DNA from: a virus
Taxonomy: Duplodnaviria > Caudoviricetes
Length of the DNA stretch: 36,951 nt
Strand: one strand, 5' to 3'
IMG/VR virus record: IMGVR_UViG_3300017650_000204
Span: 1 to 36,951 of that record
The notes under the pieces were generated by a model. That model made no database searches and was not told the origin of the DNA. It saw only the letters and a program-made list of their open reading frames with translations. The position numbers and the translations under genes were made by a program. Position 1 is the stretch's first letter. The number at the start of each line of letters is the position of its first letter. This document shows, piece after piece, positions 34,079 through 36,951 of this stretch.

Positions 34079-34606
34079 ATGTTTTCCATCCACGAACAAG
34101 AATGCCGCATGCACTTCCATTCCCGCAGCAACAAGGAAGGCACCGAGCGTGTGCCCGCCGCCACGCTGCAATTGACCTACCGCGCCAGCAATGACGTGCT
34201 GGCCGAGTTCAGCCCCGACCTGAAATCGTCGCTGTATCGCCGGCCAAACAGCGCCGAGGGCGACATGGCGGACAAGGCCGATTCGCGCCTGGATGATCCT
34301 TCCTACCTGCCGGTGCTGAAGTATCCCAACATGAAGAACAAGGTGGCCCTGGCCGACAAGGTGGTCGGCGCCACGGTCACCGTGCACCACGGCATTCGCG
34401 GCAAGAGCGATCTGGTGCTGGATGAATGCACCATCGACAAGTTTCAACTGGATCCGCAGGAAGGCGGCACCGTGGTGGTGTCGTTCAACGTGGCGTGCAT
34501 TCCGAGCAAGGACCAGGCGGGCGACCTGCACATGAAGCAGGACCAGGATGTGGTTGTCACGATCCAGCCGCCTGACGCACCGCAGGACACCCTGTTCCAG
34601 AACTGA
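34079..34606 (+). CDS. Hypothetical phage protein
   Basis: AGGAG SD; GC3-rich codon usage; ends QDTLFQN. Confidence 0.75.
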   Translation: MFSIHEQECRMHFHSRSNKEGTERVPAATLQLTYRASNDVLAEFSPDLKSSLYRRPNSAEGDMADKADSRLDDPSYLPVLKYPNMKNKVALADKVVGATVTVHHGIRGKSDLVLDECTIDKFQLDPQEGGTVVVSFNVACIPSKDQAGDLHMKQDQDVVVTIQPPDAPQDTLFQN

Positions 34607-34692
34607 CCAATGGGCAAGCGCAGCGGCGGGTTTCTCCCTCCCTCAGTCCGCCGCCCCGCCGCTGTTGCTGCCCGCCCTATTCCGAGAACGAC

Positions 34693-34932
34693 ATGACCGG
34701 CATCGAATTCATCGTCCGCGACCGCACCACGGGCCATCCGCTGGCCGGCATCGTGCAAGCACCGACACGCAAGCCCACCGCCCGGCGCGGCCTGAGCGAT
34801 GACACCGTGCGCGCCATCCGTGCCTACGGTGCGGACAAGGTCCCGCACAAGGAAATCGCCGCCAAGTTCGACCTGGGCGTGCGCACGGTCGGCCACATCA
34901 TCAACCGCGATTACTACCTGCACGTGGAGTAG
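34693..34932 (+). CDS. Small HTH protein
   Basis: LSDDTVRAIR....VPHKEIAAKFDLGVRTVGHIIN. Confidence 0.7.
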   Translation: MTGIEFIVRDRTTGHPLAGIVQAPTRKPTARRGLSDDTVRAIRAYGADKVPHKEIAAKFDLGVRTVGHIINRDYYLHVE

Positions 34933-35007
34933 CCATGAGCAAGAACTCACGCAAAAAGCATCAGAAGCCGGGACGCGATGTGCCGTTCCCGGGGCAGGAG
35001 GACTGAC

Positions 35008-35280
35008 ATGACCACCGCACCGAACCCGAAGGAAGATGTGGCAGCATTCCCGTCCCGCCGAGACCGTCCGTACCCAAGCGGCGGATGTTATCGAGACGAC
35101 AGGCCGGGGATGTCCTTGCGCGACTACTTCGCGGCCAAGGCGATCCCCGCAATCATCGAAGTGTGTCGTGGGGACACGATGGACGGCATGCAGCAGGCTG
35201 ACTATTTCGCAGGTCGGGCTTACGAAATCGCCGACGCCATGATCCGCGCCCGCCAGGAGTCTAGCCATGGCCAAACCTGA
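35008..35280 (+). CDS. Phage protein with GMSLRDYFAAKA motif
   Basis: AGGAGG SD; AFP..GMSLRDYFAAKA..AYEIADAMI.AR pattern common in phage early regions. Confidence 0.8.
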   Translation: MTTAPNPKEDVAAFPSRRDRPYPSGGCYRDDRPGMSLRDYFAAKAIPAIIEVCRGDTMDGMQQADYFAGRAYEIADAMIRARQESSHGQT

Positions 35281-35527
35281 AATGACCCCTGCCATCTGCG
35301 CCGCAGCGGCCGACAAGGCTATCCAGACGTACATCAACAAAGTGGGCGCATTCGGCGATGCCGACAAGGTACGCAAAGCCCTGCAAATGCTCATCAGCAA
35401 GTGCGCGCTGGGCTACGGCTACGTGTCCAACCAGGTCGCCATGATGGACTTGCTGCTGCGCACATCGGTACATACCGCGACCGCCATGGAAGGCGGGCAG
35501 GCATACAAGCAGGAAACGATGCAATGA
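35267..35527 (+). CDS. Hypothetical protein
   Basis: AGGAG SD; overlaps with neighbours. Confidence 0.65.
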   Translation: MAKPEMTPAICAAAADKAIQTYINKVGAFGDADKVRKALQMLISKCALGYGYVSNQVAMMDLLLRTSVHTATAMEGGQAYKQETMQ

Positions 35528-36102
35528 CCGTTGATAAAGCCGCGTTGCGCGAACTGCTGGTCGGGCTGCCGCTCGTGGCATGGAGCAAAACCCGCTCGAC
35601 CGTCACCATTCCCGAGACGGAAGACTTCGCCGGCACGCAGTTGTCCATCACGGGCCTGGACAAGCAGTATGCGCGCCGGCTGGCTGCCTACATCGCCGCC
35701 ACCAATCCGCTGGCCGTATCCGCCCTCCTGGACGAGAACGAGGCCCTGCGCAAGCAGAACGACGGCCTGCGAGAACAGCACGACCGAGACAGCCGAGAAC
35801 TGCGCAGCCTCTGCCAAGCCCGGGACGATGCCCGGCGGACAGTGGACCGGTGGAAAGCGCGGTTGGCCAGCCGCAACAAGGAACTCGGCGCCCTCAAACA
35901 CGACATCGGCGAGTACGTCAGGATCAGCGGCGAACTGGCTACGGAGAACGGCAGGCTGCGCGAGGCGCTGGAAGAAATGCTCGACGAGTACGGCGGCAGA
36001 CATGACAGCGAATTCCGGTTGAAAGATCACATCGCACTGGAAATGATTGCTCGCGCCCGTGCCGCTCTTGAGCCCGCCCCTCCCCAAGGAGATGGAGCAT
36101 GA
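35524..36102 (+). CDS. Ead/Ea22-like protein
   Basis: MTVDKAALREL and YIAATNP.AV.ALLDE motifs followed by coiled coil. Confidence 0.75.
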   Translation: MTVDKAALRELLVGLPLVAWSKTRSTVTIPETEDFAGTQLSITGLDKQYARRLAAYIAATNPLAVSALLDENEALRKQNDGLREQHDRDSRELRSLCQARDDARRTVDRWKARLASRNKELGALKHDIGEYVRISGELATENGRLREALEEMLDEYGGRHDSEFRLKDHIALEMIARARAALEPAPPQGDGA

Positions 36103-36542
36103 CCCCCCAAATGTTAGCCAGCATGGTCCTGGCCGATCTGCACAAGATGCAGGATTTCCACAGCCAATACGAAGACCAGGTGCCGTTTGTGGGGCTGACC
36201 ACCGAGATGCAGAAATGGCTGGCGGCCATCGCGGCGACGGCCCCGGCCGGCTTGGCCCAGCAAGTGCACACGATCCCCGCCAATGCCAGGCGTATGCGGC
36301 TGTCGTTCCTCGATGCCGAGGACGGGCGCGAGCTGGAATACATCGACCAAGGCGTGGCCTGCTACGCCGGCAGCCTGCTGTCGCTTCAGATGTTCATGCC
36401 TGTCGAGCAGAGCCAGAGCCAGAGCCAGAGCCTGACATGCACCGGGTGCACGTCCAGCAGCCACCCTACTAACTACTACTTCTCGGCAGACTCTCGCACC
36501 GCCGAGCCTTTGACCAACGGCAACGTGCCGACGGAGGAATGA
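36099..36542 (+). CDS. Hypothetical protein
   Basis: GGAG SD, ATGA overlap; contains (CAGAGC)4 at 36408-36431. Confidence 0.6.
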   Translation: MTPQMLASMVLADLHKMQDFHSQYEDQVPFVGLTTEMQKWLAAIAATAPAGLAQQVHTIPANARRMRLSFLDAEDGRELEYIDQGVACYAGSLLSLQMFMPVEQSQSQSQSLTCTGCTSSSHPTNYYFSADSRTAEPLTNGNVPTEE

Positions 36543-36543
36543 C

Positions 36544-36951
36544 ATGACCGACAACAAGCAAACTGTGCTGACGGATGAGGAAATAACCCAGACCTGGTGC
36601 GATCACTGCAATGGGATCGACAAATACAATAAGTTCGCCCGGGCCGTCGAGTCCACCGTTCTCTCCAAGCTGCGCGGGGCGGGCGAGCCGGTGCGATGGC
36701 TGCATACCTTGCGCAGTGAACACGACGACCCGCTGCAAGAAAAGGTCACTCTCTCGCAAAATAACCCGTTCGGCAAGCCGGCGGTTGACTATGACCCCAG
36801 CTATCGCGTGGCGACTGAGCCTCTCTACGCCGCGCCCCAGGCCAGCGCCCCTGTAGCCGATGAGCGGACGAAATGGCACACCGCTCAGCGCATTGTCGAA
36901 CTGCCGTCAGTGGATAAAGCGCTGGCCAACTTCTGCGACGACGGCATCCAG
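36544..36951 (+). CDS. Hypothetical phage protein, truncated by the window edge
   Basis: GGAGG SD, MTDNKQTVLTDEEI..EPV.W..EPLYAAPQ; open to the end of the window. Confidence 0.7.
   Translation, partial: MTDNKQTVLTDEEITQTWCDHCNGIDKYNKFARAVESTVLSKLRGAGEPVRWLHTLRSEHDDPLQEKVTLSQNNPFGKPAVDYDPSYRVATEPLYAAPQASAPVADERTKWHTAQRIVELPSVDKALANFCDDGIQ

Larger units (their letters stand above)
1..36951. mobile_element. Temperate podovirus-like phage/prophage (epsilon15/BPP-1-like virion genes, lambdoid immunity and replication); partial, ends not visible
   Basis: Continuous phage gene order: lysis-tailspike-ejection-tail-head-terminase-replication-cro/cI-recombination; no host housekeeping gene seen. Confidence 0.95.

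Noticed and set aside
36408-36431. (CAGAGC)4 repeat as a contingency locus
   Set aside because: Short in-frame QS linker; slippage would not change the frame

Overview
The window is most of a temperate, podovirus-type (short-tailed, epsilon15/BPP-1-like virion module) prophage or phage genome from a GC-rich host, probably a betaproteobacterium such as Bordetella/Achromobacter (inference from gene content only). On the minus strand, running right to left from the immunity region, are cro, a cII-like gene, NinB-like and DUF1364-like genes, an initiator, DnaB, a RuvC-like resolvase, an HTH regulator, terminase, portal, scaffold, capsid, cement, tail adaptor/nozzle, four ejection proteins, a tailspike and a lysis cassette (holin, SAR endolysin, Rz/Rz1). 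On the plus strand are a short cI, a three-gene accessory cassette, and the PL early operon (pentapeptide-repeat protein, RecT, YqaJ exonuclease, Ea22-like and small genes), which runs off the right edge. No integrase, att site, N, Q or reverse transcriptase is recognisable. The most interesting non-standard elements are: (1) a tRNA-like cloverleaf RNA in the PL leader just after a boxA-like site; (2) a low-GC TPR/degenerate-MNT + HEPN two-gene moron, a candidate defence system; (3) two copies of a (CG)5-containing motif that look like activator-dependent late promoters; (4) an inverted Zn-ribbon gene between cro and cII whose RBS lies in a long hairpin. All product calls come from motif recognition and synteny; no database search was run.
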